Origin: Anaeramoeba ignava BMAN
Taxonomy: Eukaryota > Protista > Anaeramoebae
NCBI GenBank assembly: GCA_028826165.1
Contig: JAPDFW010000070.1
Span: forward strand, 744,001-808,000
DNA length: 64,000 bases
Reading direction: 5' to 3'
Below are positions 1-14,056 of this stretch, piece after piece. The notes below the pieces were generated by a model. The model worked only from the letters and a program-made list of their open reading frames with translations. It was not told the DNA's origin and did not search any database. The position numbers and the translations under genes were made by a program. Position 1 is the first letter of the stretch; each line of letters opens with the position of its first letter.

Positions 1-2
1 TA

Positions 3-3000
3 ACCAGAAATGAATTTATTCAATTTTATCAGAAACAAAAAGAAATTATCCAAAACATTTGTAAATTTGCAGATATTACAGAAGAGAAATTATTAGTTTC
101 ATATCATCCTGATTTATTACCTTCTTTAGCAACAAAACTTCAACAAATACTTTTTGGAAAAGAACAACAAGAAAAAGAAGATTATTTAAGACTTGAAGGA
201 GTAAATATGTGGATGAGAATTTGCAATTACGAATCAATGCTTTCAATTTATTTAAAAACAATCAAAAAAGATACAAACAAAAATACCAAAGAAATTTCAT
301 ATTTGAATAAGATTTGGCAAAGATATTCAGGTTTATATCACGATAGCTTGAATGATTTAATCCAAACAACATTAATCCCAAAACAAATTCAATGTTCAGT
401 TGTTCTTACTTCTTCATCAATTTCTCAAACAATCAAATCTGAACAAATTCAAAATTTTAAATTTAAAGAAATTGAACTTTTGAAAATTGAAAATGATACA
501 CAATTTGAAAAAGAAGTTAAAAAAAAACTTGGAATAGAACCAATAATTAAGAAAAATCCTTATAAAGATGATGAAAATTTTGTTTTGATAATTCGTTTCA
601 CTCCAACATCAATTTCTCCTGAAACAACATTCCATCAATCAAAATATATGATTGAAAATTTAATTAAAAAAAATGAAGAAATTAAGTGCAAGATAATTTT
701 CATTGTTCATCTTCCATCAACTCAACAATCCAAAACTCAATTCCATTTTGCATTTGAGAAAAATTGGGAATATTTTTATATTGATGATATTTTACCATCT
801 GAAATCAAATTTCCAATCATTTCAGAATCAAAAGATTCAGATTTAAATTTTCTTGAAAATATTTTGGATCAAGAATGGGAAAAATTATTTGAACCAATTT
901 TTAATTCTTCTATTCTTCAATTTATCAATCCTGAAAAAATCAAAGACACAAAACCATTCTTAGAAAAAATGAAAACTTTGAAAGATTTAATTTTCCCAAA
1001 ACTTAAATTTATGTTTGAAAAAGGAAAAAAAGAAAATATAAGTTTTTATCAATGGGATATTCAAGAATTAATAACACAAAAATTAAGAATGCAACAAAGT
1101 TATGAATCTTTTAATTCTTATCTTTATTCTCAATTAATTAAGAAGTTGGAAACAATTTTTGTAATTTTATTGAGTTATATTATGGTTAATGATAATTTCA
1201 AATTAATTTTAACAACAAGCAAAGAAAAGGAAAATTTTTGGAAACAAATTTTTGAATCAATCCAAATTCAACCTTATCATAAAATTCAGAAAGATCAATT
1301 TGATAAGTCCGAATTCCCATTTTTCCATTATTTTTATGAAGTTATAACAGAAGATTATCATCAAGAAAACAAAGATATTTTGAAAGATATTGTTGATGAA
1401 ACAATCGAAAATTGGTCAAAAAAAATTTCTAAACGGAAAAATATTTCTGAAAAATATCTGATAAATTTCTTGAATGATTTGATTGGAATTTCATTTAATG
1501 AATCTGAAAAAGAATTTTTCAAAGACTATATTCAAGATTTCCAAAAATTTATTTTACATTTTGAAGAATCAAAAATCAAATCATTAACCAAGTTTTCATT
1601 AAGAGAAATTTATCAAAAAATTAATTGGGAAATATTTCAACAAATTTATTCAATTTACAAATTAGTTAATGAATTTAATCAAAATCAAAACCAAAACAAA
1701 AATCAAAATCAATTTGGAGAATTTTCATTGAATAGATTTTTTGATTCTCAATTTGAAATTATTAAAAATTCACTTGATAAGAATAATTCTCCAAATGAAT
1801 TAATACCTATTGGAACTTGTATTGATAAAATTTATGATTTTTTGAATCAATTAACAAATTACACAAACTTTAAGCAATATATTCCAGAATTATTTAAGAA
1901 ATGGTTTAATATTTACTTTTTATTTCAAACTAAAACCAAAAATTTATCAAAAATATCCCAAACTCAAGAATTCAAAAGTATTCAAAATGAAATTTCAAAA
2001 AAAGAGTTCTTAAATTTCTTTTTGGATGAAAACAAAACAAAAGATATTTCTGATCAAGAATTAATCAATTTTTTTGAAATTTATTTCCAAATTTTGATTA
2101 AAATTTCAATTTTCCAAAAAAGTGACAAACAAATTATTAATTTTTTCAATAAGATCAACGAAAATTTAAATTCTAACAAACCAAATCAAAGATTACTTAA
2201 TTTTTTTGGAAAAGGGAATAATTCATTTAAATTCCAAAATTTATTTACAATTTTCTTTAATTACTTATTGATATTTACAAAATCCAATTTAGATTTTAGA
2301 AAAACAATTTTCAATAATTTGAAACAATATTTAAAATTTTCATCAAAAAATATTGAATGGATAGCTTTTACATTTTTACAAGCTCTTTTCCAATACACAA
2401 AAAATGATTTTTATTCACATTCCTTATTTTTACAATCAAAATTATATCCTGAAATTGATCAAACAAATGATATTTTCCAAGAATATAGCAATTCAATTCA
2501 ATATATTCATCATATTATTCAAAATCCAGAAGATCATCAAAAGAGCAAAGTTAATGGTGTTTCAGAAATTGTTTTTGAACAATTTTTCCAAGAATATGAT
2601 ATTTTTGCATCAAAAAGAATTTCTTCATTTAAAGAAGAATTTGAAGAGAAATTTTTACAAGTTTTTAGACAAAATGAAATTCTTGATGAAAGAGGATTTT
2701 TATATGGATTTTGTTTGGAATATTTGAAAGGAGAAATTCAAAGAAAACGAAAAGCAACTCGTTCTTACAAGAATAACTTCCTCATTTACCGAAAATCAAA
2801 ATCTTAATGAGAAACAAAATCAAATAAAAGAAACTATTAGCTATATTCTTAGCAAAGTTGATATAATAAAAGAAAATTTCCAAAAAATATTTGTTGTAGT
2901 TGTTGAAACAGGAGAAAAATATTTGAAAACAAAACATGTTGCTTCTCCACTTTTCAATGAAATAGATGTTGGATTTTTAAATAATAAATTATATGAGAAT

Positions 3001-4914
3001 ATTTTTGGAATTTCTGATTATGAAGAACCAAATCAAATGTTCAGTTTAAGAGATACTAAATTTATTATACCAACAAAAATTGCAAGAATTATTCATTTTT
3101 CATTGAAAACATTGGATATTATTGAAAAAAATTACGATTCAAACAAAGAAATTATTGAAGATATTTCCATTTTAATTTATAATGAAATGAAACATTTATC
3201 AAACCTTCTTAATTTAACATTATCAAATACGAAACTCTATTACATTCTTTTCTTATCAAAAATTTCCACTTTAAACACAAATGAACTTGATAATGGAACT
3301 ATAATGAATAAATTCCAGAAATGGGAAGATTTATTACAAAATATTTATATTAATTCTCATGAAGAAATTCTTAAACAAATTAATATTGAAAAAATTGGAG
3401 AATCATTTAAATTCAAAGATTTATTATTTATATCTCCATCATCTAATTTATTATTATCTCAATTTTTGAAACCTTCAAACATTAAAAACATCCAAAAATA
3501 TCCAATTACTCAATTCTTTTTGGATAATTTCATTAAATTCAAAATGATTGATTTATTACCATCCTTTCTCAAATTTATTAGTTTGATAAATTCCCAATAC
3601 AATAGTAAAATCAGTTTCCAAGAATCAAATCAAATCAAAATTACTGATTTCATTAAAATTATTAATGAAGAAAAAAAAGAAATGAAAGAAAACATTGATA
3701 ATTGGATAAAAGAATTTAAAGAATGTTGGAAACTTTGTTTGTGTGAAATGAATAATGATGAAATTACTCAGCTGAATAAAAACTTTATTGAAATAAAACA
3801 AGACTCACAAATAAATCAGATTGAAGAAGAAGTATCACAAAAAATCCAATTAATTTCAGAAGATTCACCAATTATCAAAGTTCTTTCATATCCTAAGAAT
3901 TCTCCAAATATTGATAATTTAGTTAATTATATTTGCAACGAATATCGGAAATTAAAAGAAATTTTCAATGAAACATTTTTGAATAAAAAAGATATTAAAA
4001 AGCAAAAAGAGAAAATGATTAAATTTCCAATAAAAATCCATAAATCTGATATTAATAACAGAACTATTGATGAAACATTTAATTTTGATTTCAAGGAAAT
4101 TAATGAATACATGCAATTCTATTATCCAGAAAACGATTTTGAGAAATTTGAAATGATTTTGAAACAAAAATTGGTTACACTTTTCAAGAAAGATAACATT
4201 TCAATTATTGTGAGTAATTTCCAATTTACAGATTTGATTTTATTAGATATTTCATTTTTGAATGATTCAAGATGGAATCAAATGGATATTCCACAAGAAA
4301 CATGGAATCAAATTCTTGATGAACTTATTGAAAAATTCTCAATTAGAAACTTCAAATTATTTTATGAAAATATTATCCATTTATGTTCAAACATTCAAAA
4401 AGTTGATTCATTGTTACCAGAACAAACACTTTTTGTATTTGCAAATCAATTTGGTATTGATATTCTTGGTTTGGAAAATGTTTCATTAATTCATTCATTA
4501 AAACTTAAACATTTAAGATTTATTAGCAATAATATTGATATGTATTCAGAAAATATTCTTAATAAAATTGATAAGAGTTATTTATCAAAAATTCCACCCG
4601 AATATGAAAAGAGTTTAGATTTATTTTGTCAGAAAATTGATTTGGATAAATTGATTATTATTTTTGAGAAGTTTTTATTTGAGAATCTTTTTATTGAAAA
4701 AACTCAAAACAAAGAAATTGAAAGACATTACAAAAGGAAGAATAGAAGAAATCAGAATAAAAGCAATTTAAAAGGATCTCTTCATAATATTTCAATATTA
4801 CTTCAATATGAAGGAGAAAGTGGAATTATTAAAGATCATTTTCCGCAAGAAATAACTAGTAAATATACAGGAGAAGCATATCGATATATTTTCAATAAAA
4901 GGAAACAACTTTAA
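3..4914 (+). CDS. C-terminal part of a giant RNF213-like protein (5' truncated by window; one frameshift near 2741)
   Basis: Frame 3 is open from base 3. Removing one A near 2741 (attcaaagaaaacg) joins ORF 207-2807 to ORF 2923-4914 via QENEKQLVLTRITSS. Motifs IIFIVHL..FHFAFEKNWEYFYIDDI and LPSFLKFISLINSQY..FKECW resemble RNF213-family C-terminal regions. Confidence 0.6.
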
Positions 4915-4919
4915 ATTTC

Positions 4920-5600
4920 AACTCTAAAATCAAAATCAAAATCAAAATTAAAATCAAAATTAAAATCAAAATCAATTTCAAAATCAAAATCAAAATCAAA
5001 ATCAAAATCAAAATCAAAATCAAAATCAAAATCAAAATCAAAATCAAAATCAAAATCAAAATCAAAATCAAAATCAAAATCAAAATCAAAATCAAAATCA
5101 AAATTAAAATCAAAATCAAAATCAAAATCAAAATCAAAATTAAAATCAAAATCAAATTAAAAATCAAAATCAAAATCAAAATCAAAATCAAAATCAAAAT
5201 CAAAATCAAAATTAAAATCAAAATTAAAATCAAAATCAAAATCAAAATCAAAATCAAAATCAAAATTAAAATCAAAATCAAATTCAATTTCAAAATCAAA
5301 ATCAAAATCAAAATCAAAATTAAAATCAAAATCAAAAATCAAAATCAAAATCAAAATCAAAATCAAAATCAAAATCAAAATTAAAATCAAAATCAAAATC
5401 AAAATCAAAATCAAAATTAAAATCAAAATTCAAAAATCAAAATCAAAATCAAAATCAAAATTAAAATCAAAATCAAAATCAAAATTAAAATCAAAATCAA
5501 AATCAAAATCAATTTCAAAATCAATTTCAAAATCAAAATCAAAATCAAAATCAAAATCAATTTCAAAATCAAAATCAAAATCAAAATCAAAATCAAAATC
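4920..5600. repeat. (AAAATC)n hexamer microsatellite
   Basis: About 110 near-perfect copies directly after the stop codon. Confidence 0.95.
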
Positions 5601-5882
5601 ATTATGAATTTTCAAATTCAATTTCGATTTTAAAATGAACGGAATTTTCTTTTCCCATTTCAATTCTTCTTTTTTACTTTCTTTTTTACTTTTTTTTCAA
5701 TTCAATTTTTCTTTTTTTTTTCAATTCCGTTTATTTTTTTTTACTTTTTTTTAATGGGAAAAAACAAAAAGAAAAAACAAAAAGAATAAAAAATAATCAA
5801 AAAAAAACTCTTTTCCTTTTAATTTTAATTTTTAATTTTTAATTTTAATTTTTTTATTCTCTTTTTTTTAATAAAAATTAAC

Positions 5883-6019
5883 TGACATCACATTACATCA
5901 TTTTTTAATCAATTAAAATTTTTTTCTTTTTAAATTTTAATGACATCATCTGACATCATTTTCTTATTTAAAATTTTTTTTTTATTTTTTCTTTTTCTTT
6001 TTAAATTTTAATGACATCA
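5883..6019 (+). promoter_or_regulatory. Cluster of TGACATCA motifs upstream of eEF2
   Basis: TGACATCA at 5883, 5941, 5951 and 6012 in otherwise poly-A/T sequence, 160-300 bp upstream of the ATG. Confidence 0.5.
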
Positions 6020-6176
6020 CACCTTCATCATCCAAAAAAAAAATTTTTTTCTTCTCCCTTTAAAAGAAATTCAGATCCATAATTTTCTTTTCATTCATTT
6101 TTATTTTTTATCTTTTATTTTTTATTTCTAACTAACAAAAAAAACAAAAAACAAAAAAAAAAAAAAAAACACAATA

Positions 6177-9100
6177 ATGGTCAATTTTACAGTTGAACAA
6201 ATGTAAGAAAAAGAAATCCAAACAAAATCAAAATTAAATCAAATCAATATTCAAATCAATATTCAAATCAATATTCAAATTAAATCAATAATCAAATTAA
6301 TATTCAAATCAATATTCAAATTAATATTCAAATTAAATCAAAATTAATATTCAAATCAATAAAATCAATATTCAAATCAATATTCAAATCAATATTCAAA
6401 TTCAAATTCAAAATATATTCAAATCAAATCAATAATTAAATCAATCAAATCAAATCAATAATCAAATCAATATTCAAATTAAATTAAATCAATAATTAAA
6501 TCAATATTCAAATCAATATTTAAATCAATATTCAAATCAAATCAATATTTAAATCAATATTTTAAATCAATCAAATTTAAATCAATATTCAAATCAATAT
6601 TTCAAAATTAAATCAAAATCAAATCAAATCAAATCAATATTTAATCAAATCAATATAATCAATCAAAATTCAAAAATTCAAATCAAAATCAATATTCAAA
6701 TCAATATTCAAATAAATCAATAATCAAATCAATATTCAAATCAAATCAATATTTAAATTAAATTAAATCAATAATTAAATCAATATTCAAATCAATATTT
6801 AAATCAATATTCAAATCAAATCAATATTCAAATCAATAATCAAATCAAATCAATAATCAAATCAATATTCAAATCAATATTCAAATTCAAATAATCAAAT
6901 TTAAATCAATATTCAAATCAATATTCAAATCAAATCAATATTTAAATAAATTTAAATCAATAATCAAATTAATATTCAAATCAATATTCAAATCAATATT
7001 CAAATCAATAATCAAATCAATATTCAAATCAATATTCAAATCAATATTCAAATCAATATTTAAATCAATAATCAAATCAATATTCAAATCAATATTCAAA
7101 TCAATATTCAAATTAAATCAATATTCAAATCATATTCAAATCAAATCAATATTCAAATCAATATTCAAATCAATATCCAATATTTAAATCAAATAAAAAT
7201 AGAAGAGGAATGATGAACAAGAAAAAGAATATCAGAAACATCTCAGTTATTGCTCATGTCGATCACGGTAAATCAACTTTAACAGACCACCTTGTCTCAA
7301 AAGCTGGAATCATTTCCAATTTTACAGCAGGAAAAGCAAGATACACTGACGGAAGAAAAGATGAGCAAGAAAGATGCATTACAATTAAAAGCACAGCAGT
7401 TTCTTTATATTATGAATTAGAAAATGTTGAAATTCCTGAAGGATTAGAAAACGCAGTAATTTTTCATTTTTCAAATTTTCATTTTTCAAATAACAAAATG
7501 ATTTAATTCTCATTCCACTTTTTTTCTTTCTTCAATATTTCTTTCTTTTTAGTTTTTAATCAACTTAATTGATTCACCAGGTCACGTTGATTTCTCTTCT
7601 GAAGTCACAGCTGCTTTAAGAATCACAGATGGAGCTGTCGTTGTTGTCGACTCAGTTGATGGAGTATGTGTTCAAACAGAAACAGTTCTCAGACAAGCAC
7701 TAGCAGAAAGAATAAAACCAATTCTTGTTATAAACAAATTCGATCGTGTTTTTCTTGAACTCAAAATGGATCCTGAAGAAATTTATCAAAAATGCGTCCA
7801 AATCATTGATGATGTCAACAGTATCATTTCAACTTATGATGATCATCTTCTTGGTGATGTTTCTGTTGATCCTCTTAAAGGAAACGTTGTTTTTGCAAGT
7901 GGATTCCAAGGTTGGGGATTTACTCTTGATACCTTCGCAAGAAAATATGCAGAAAAAAATCAATCAAAAGCAAAAAGTCTTTCAAAACACTTTTGGGGTG
8001 AAAACTACTTTGATCCAAAAACAAAAAAATGGACTTCAGCAAATGTCAATCAAGCAGGAACTCCTTTAAAAAGAGGATTTTGCCAATATATTTTGGAGCC
8101 AATTCAAGCAATCATCAAAACAATCTCTCAAAACAATTCTCAAAAAGTGGAAGATTTACTTAACAAAATGAATATCAAATTGAAAGACGAAAATGGTGAA
8201 AAAGATCAAGAAAATGGAAACGAAAAAGATCTTATTAAACGAGTTTTGAAGACTTATTTACCTGTTGCTGATGTACTTCTTGAAACAATAGTTCTTCATT
8301 TGCCCTCACCTGTTGAATCACAAAAATACCGAGTAGAGAATTTATATGAAGGACCTTTAGATGATGAAGTAATTATTTATATCAATTTTAAATCAATTTT
8401 AAATCAATTTTAAATCAATTTTATATCAATTTTAAATCAATTTTATATCAATTTTAAATCAATTTTATATTAATTTTAATTTAATTTTAAATCAATTTTA
8501 AATCAATATTAAATCAATTTTAAATCAATTTTAAATCAATTTTATATCAATTTTAAATCAATTTTAAATCAATTTTAAATCAATTTTAAATCAATTTTAA
8601 ATCAATTTTATATCAATATTATATTAATTTTAAATCAATTTTAAATCAATTTTAAATAAATTTTATATCAATATTAAATCAATATTAAATCAATTTTAAA
8701 TCAATTTTAAATCAATTTTAAATCAATTTTAAATCAATTTTATATCAATTTTAAATCAATTTTATATCAATTTTAAATCAATTTTAAATCAATTTTAAAT
8801 CAATTTTAAATCAATTTTAAATCAATTTTAAATCAATATTAAATCAATATCAATTTAAATTTATATTAATTTTAATTTAATTTTAATTTATATCAAATAA
8901 AAAATAGTGTGCAAACGCAATCAGAAATTGTGATGAAAATGGTCCACTAATGATTTACATCTCTAAAATGGTTCCCACAACAACAAGTGGCAAATTCTAT
9001 GCTCTGGGAAGAGTTTTCTCTGGAACAGTATCTACAGGTCAAAAAGTAAGAATAATGGGACCAAACTACACTATAGGAAAGAAAACAGATCTCTTTGAAA

Positions 9101-10344
9101 AACCAATCCAAAGAACAGTTCTCATGATGGGAAGAACAGTAAGCAAAATCAACGACTGTCCTTCAGGAAACATAGTAGGACTACTTGGAGTTGACAAATA
9201 CTTACTTAAATCAGGAACAATATCTACACACGAAGAGGCACACAACATCAAAGTTATGAAATTTAGTGTATCACCAGTTGTCAGAGTTGCAGTTAAACCA
9301 AAACAAACAAAAGATCTCACTAAATTTGTTGAAGGATTAAACAGACTCTCCAAATCAGATCCTTGCGTACAATGCTACACAGAAAAAACAGGCGAACACA
9401 TCATTGCTGGAGCAGGCGAACTGCACTTGGAAATCTGCTTAAAGGATCTCGAAGAGGAATTTTGCAACTTCCCAATTATAAAATCAACTCCAATCGTTTC
9501 CTTCTGCGAAACAGTCTCAATCAAATCAACAATCAACTGTCTAGCCAAATCACCCAATCACCACAATCGACTTTACGCTCAAGCTGACTGCCTAGGAGAG
9601 GAACTGAGCAAGGCCATTGAAGAAGGATTTGTTTCACCAAACATGCAATTCAAAGAAAGAGCAAAATATCTAACAGAAAATTTTGGATGGGATGCGACTC
9701 AAGCAAAGAAAATATGGAGCTTTGGACCTGATCAAAAAGGCCCTAATTTACTTGTTGATCTCACAAAAGGAATCCAATATTTAACGGAAATTAAGGACTC
9801 AGTTTCATCAGCTTTCCAAGTCGTTGCTCAAGAAGGTGTTCTTTGTGAAGAACCTTTAAGAGGAGTCAAATTTGAATTGAACGATGCAAAACTACATTCA
9901 GACTCAATCCACAGAGGAGATGGTCAAATCATTCCTGCTGCAAAGAACCTTTTGTACGGTGCTGAACTAACAGCTGAACCAAGACTTATGGAACCTATTT
10001 ATCTTGTCGAAATACAATGCTCTCAACTCGTTGTTGGTTCTGTTTACTCAATCCTGAACAAAAAAAGAGGAAAAGTTATTTCTGAAGAAGCTAAACAAGG
10101 CACAACTGATTCTATTGTTTCGGGTTATCTTCCTGTTATCGAGTCTTTCAATTTCACTTCAGAACTAAGAAGTGTTACAAAAGGTCAAGCTTTTCCTCAA
10201 AGTGTTTTTGACCATTGGGATCTTATTCACAGTTCTCCTTTTGAAGACAATTCTAAAGTTAATTTGATTGTTAAAGAAACAAGAAAAAGAAAAGGTTTGA
10301 AAGAAGAAATTCCAACAGTTGATAGATTCCTTGATAAATTATAA
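6177..10344 (+). CDS. EEF2: Elongation factor 2; exons 6177-6202, 7203-7455, 7553-8368, 8908-10344
   Basis: [55 protein letters not shown] and [14 protein letters not shown] introns restore the frame. Confidence 0.95.
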
Positions 10345-10624
10345 TTTAAAAAGAAAAGTTCCAAAAAAAATTTTTTTTTTTTTTGCTTTTTTGCTTTTTT
10401 TTTTTTAATTTTAAAAAAAGAATAATTTAGAAAAATTTGAAAATAAAAAGAATTTTTTTGCCAAGTTACATTTAATTTATTGATTTTTTTGTTTTTTTTT
10501 TTAATTTTAATTTTCTTATTTAAATTTTTAATTTTGGATTGATAAAAAGAATTTGTTTTGTTGTTTATTGAATTTAAATCAAAAAATTTAGGAAAATGAG
10601 AAATTTCGATTATTAAAAAGATGT

Positions 10625-13600
10625 TTATAAAACATCATATTTTTCAAAAATGGATTCAAGAACAGATCGAATATATTTTTGAAATCTTGAAGCAAAAATA
10701 CCAGAAGAAGTTGTTTGACGTTCTCCTATACAAGCTAATTAAATTAAATTAAATTTTTATTTTAATAAATTTTTTATTTTAATTTTTATTTTTAATTTTT
10801 TATAATTACCTTTAGCAAGTAAAAAGTCTCGAATATTACTTTTGTTAAATATTGGAGGTGATGGAGGAAATGGTCCAAATTCTTCTATAATATCTTTTTG
10901 TGCAACTTGAACTCTATTAATTAAATATTAAAATTGAATTATAAAATTTTTTCTTGTCTTGTTTTGATTAAATCTAAATAATTGATAATTTACATATAAT
11001 GTGTTTCTTTACTATTTTTTGGAATAAAAGGTCTTACAGCAATTACAATATCTAAAAATTAAATTTTATAAATAAATTTCATTTTAAATATAATTATAAA
11101 TTTTTACGAATTTGATGTGATAAAAAAAGATCTGGTTTCAATTTTTCATTTCCATCAACAAACAAAATTACAACAAGATCATTCCCAATATGCTTTTTTT
11201 TTTCAATCTAAATTTGATAAAAAAATAATTTAAAATATTAAAGAAAAAAATTTTTTTGATTTAAATTTACTCTTAAAATATCCTTATTTTTGTTTGTTGG
11301 CATAAGAGTTGCAACATGAAACATAATTTCCATTTCTTTCCAAACAGTATATAAACTTTGTGTACCATTTGTTCCGTCTAAAAAAGAAAATTTAAATGAA
11401 AAAATTTTGATAAAAAAACATGAAGAAATTTTGATAAATCTTTTTACGTTTAATATCTAAACCTCCTCGATATCCTTTAAACCCTTTAAGCTCAACTTTT
11501 TCACCTAAAATTTTAAGAAATTCGTCATATTCATGTGATCCATTTGCTGTTAAATTTGTTGATAAAGAAAAATTAATCATAAATTCAGATCATTTGATAA
11601 AATATAAGAAGAAGATAAGAGAAAAAATTTTTACCATAATCATAAATTTCTTCTTCAGAAGTAATTGTATCATCTATATAAACAACTCCAAATTTATATT
11701 TTTTGATATTCTATAATAATTTGAAAAATTAAAATTAAATTAAAATAAATTAAATTTAAAATTAAAATTCACTTTTGAATCTTCAATTTGAAGTAAAAGT
11801 CCTTCATCTTCTGTATTTCCAAATTCACATGTTAAAATTTCTAAGTTTTTAAAAGAAGGATCAAAACTGGAAAATATCTTATTCAAAGAAGGTCCCATAC
11901 AAAAAATACTACGAAATATGGGGATATCAATATCGGATTTACTCAAATGTAAAATTTCATTTCCATTTTCAGTCCAAATAAAAACTTGGAAACCGTCTTT
12001 ATCATTTTTTTTTGCTTCATAAACTGAAACAAGAACAATCCCTTTATCTGGATGTTTTGTGATATAATTTGCATATTCTAAAAAGAAGAAGAATTTCAAT
12101 TAGATTTCAAACCAAAAACTAAAATGAAAAAAAATTGAAATTAAACCTTTTCCTTTGTAATTATCTCTAAATGGATATTCTTCTTTAAGTTCAAAACTTG
12201 GAGCTTCTTCTGTTTTATTTTCAATAATCCAACCTTTTGTCTCTTGAAAAATTGGAAATAAATCTTCAAATTTTCTAAATTGTGGACCATGAAGAATTTG
12301 TTGCACTTCATTGGTTTCGATATGAATAAGAGGTGTATATTCATCACTGTCAACAAATTCACTATCACCAAATTCACTTCTTGTTTCTGTTGCTTCTAAA
12401 ATGGAATCTTTTAAATTAAAAATTAAAATTCATTTATAAAATTAAAATTAGATTTAAATTTAAAATTAAAATTAGATTTAAAATTAAAATTAAAATTAAA
12501 ATTAGATTTAAAATTAAAATTAAAATTAAAATTAGATTTAAAATTAGATTTAAAATTAGATTTAAAATTGAAATTAAAATTCATTTATAAAATTAAAATT
12601 AATATTAGATTTAAAATTAGAATTTAAAATTAAAAATTAAAATTAGATTTAAAATTAGATTTAAAAATTAGAATTCATTTATAAAATTGAAAATGAAATT
12701 AAAATTAAAATTAGATTTAGAATTAATATTAGATTTAAAATTAATATTAAAATTAAAATTAAAATTAAAATTAAAATTAAATTTAATATTAAAATTAAAA
12801 ATTAGATTTAAAATTAAAATTAAAATTAAAATTAAATTTAAATTTAAAATTAAAATTAATATTAAAATTAAATTTAAAATTAAAATTAAAATTAGATTTA
12901 AAATTAAATTTAATATTAAAATTAAAATTTAAATTAGATTTAAAATTGAAATTAGATTTAAAATTAGATTTAAAAATTAGATTTAAAATTAGATTTAAAA
13001 TTAGATTTAAAATTAGATTTAAAATTAAAATTAAAATTAAAATTGAAATTAGATTTAAAATTGAAATTAGATTTAAAATTAGATTTAAAATTAGATTTAA
13101 AATTAGATTTAAAATTAGATTTAAAATTAAAATTAAAATTAAATTTAAAATTAGATTTAAAATTAATATTAAAATTCATTTATAAAATTAAAATTAAAAT
13201 TAAAACTAAAATTCATTTATAAATTAAAATTAAAATAAAAATTCATTTATAAATTTAAAATTCATTTATAAATTAAAATTAAAATTAAAATTAAAATTAA
13301 AATTAAAATTAAAATTAAAATTAAAATTAAAATTAAAATTAAAATTAAAATTAAAATTCATTTATAAAATTAAAATTAAAATTAAAATTTAAAATAAACC
13401 TTTTGATATATCTTTTCTAAAATAATGTCTTGTTGGCGACTTTTCTTCATTATCTTTGTTTTGTTGATCATCAAAATCAGTGACATTAATTGAAACTTGT
13501 TGAGTGTGATCTTTGTGATTTTCAATAACTTGTTTTTTTTTTTGTTCATCACTTATATTTTCTTTGTTGTGATTGTCATTATTCTTTGATAAAAATTGAT

Positions 13601-13694
13601 CAGTATTTTTTTCTGTTTCATTTTTTTTGTTCTTGTTTAATTTTTCTTGATTTATTTTTAAATTGTTTGAGAAATCAGAATCTTTTTGAGTCAT
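10625..13694 (-). CDS. Rap/Ran-GAP domain protein, about 10 exons
   Basis: YKFGVVY, YDEFLKILGEKVELKGFKGYRGGLD, EIMFHVATLMP and KKKHIGNDLVVILF (Asn thumb). The first intron, 12408-13399, is satellite-filled. Confidence 0.85.
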
Positions 13695-14056
13695 TATTTG
13701 TAATTTTTTTATTTGTTTATTTTTATTAAATGTTAAATGTTAAATGTTTTTTTTTTTTATTATTATTATTATTGATAAAAAAAAAAAAAGAAAAGAAAAA
13801 AAAATGAAAAAATAAAAAACAAAAAAAAAATTTTGATCTTTTGTTTTTTTAAATAAAATTAAAGGAGAATTTTTTTTTCTCCTTTAAAATTAATTTTAAA
13901 TTAAATTTTTTTATTAATTCTTTTAATTTTTTTTATTAATTCTTTTAAATTTTTTTAATCAAAATTTGGAATCAAAATGAAAAAAAAAAAAAAAATTTTT
14001 CCAAAAGAAATTTTTCGCTTTTTTTTTTTTTTTTATCAATAATTTTCTTCAATTAT

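Noticed and set aside
6203-7202. eEF2 intron of exactly 1000 bp
   Set aside because: Coincidence of repeat length; the sequence is continuous and not gap padding.
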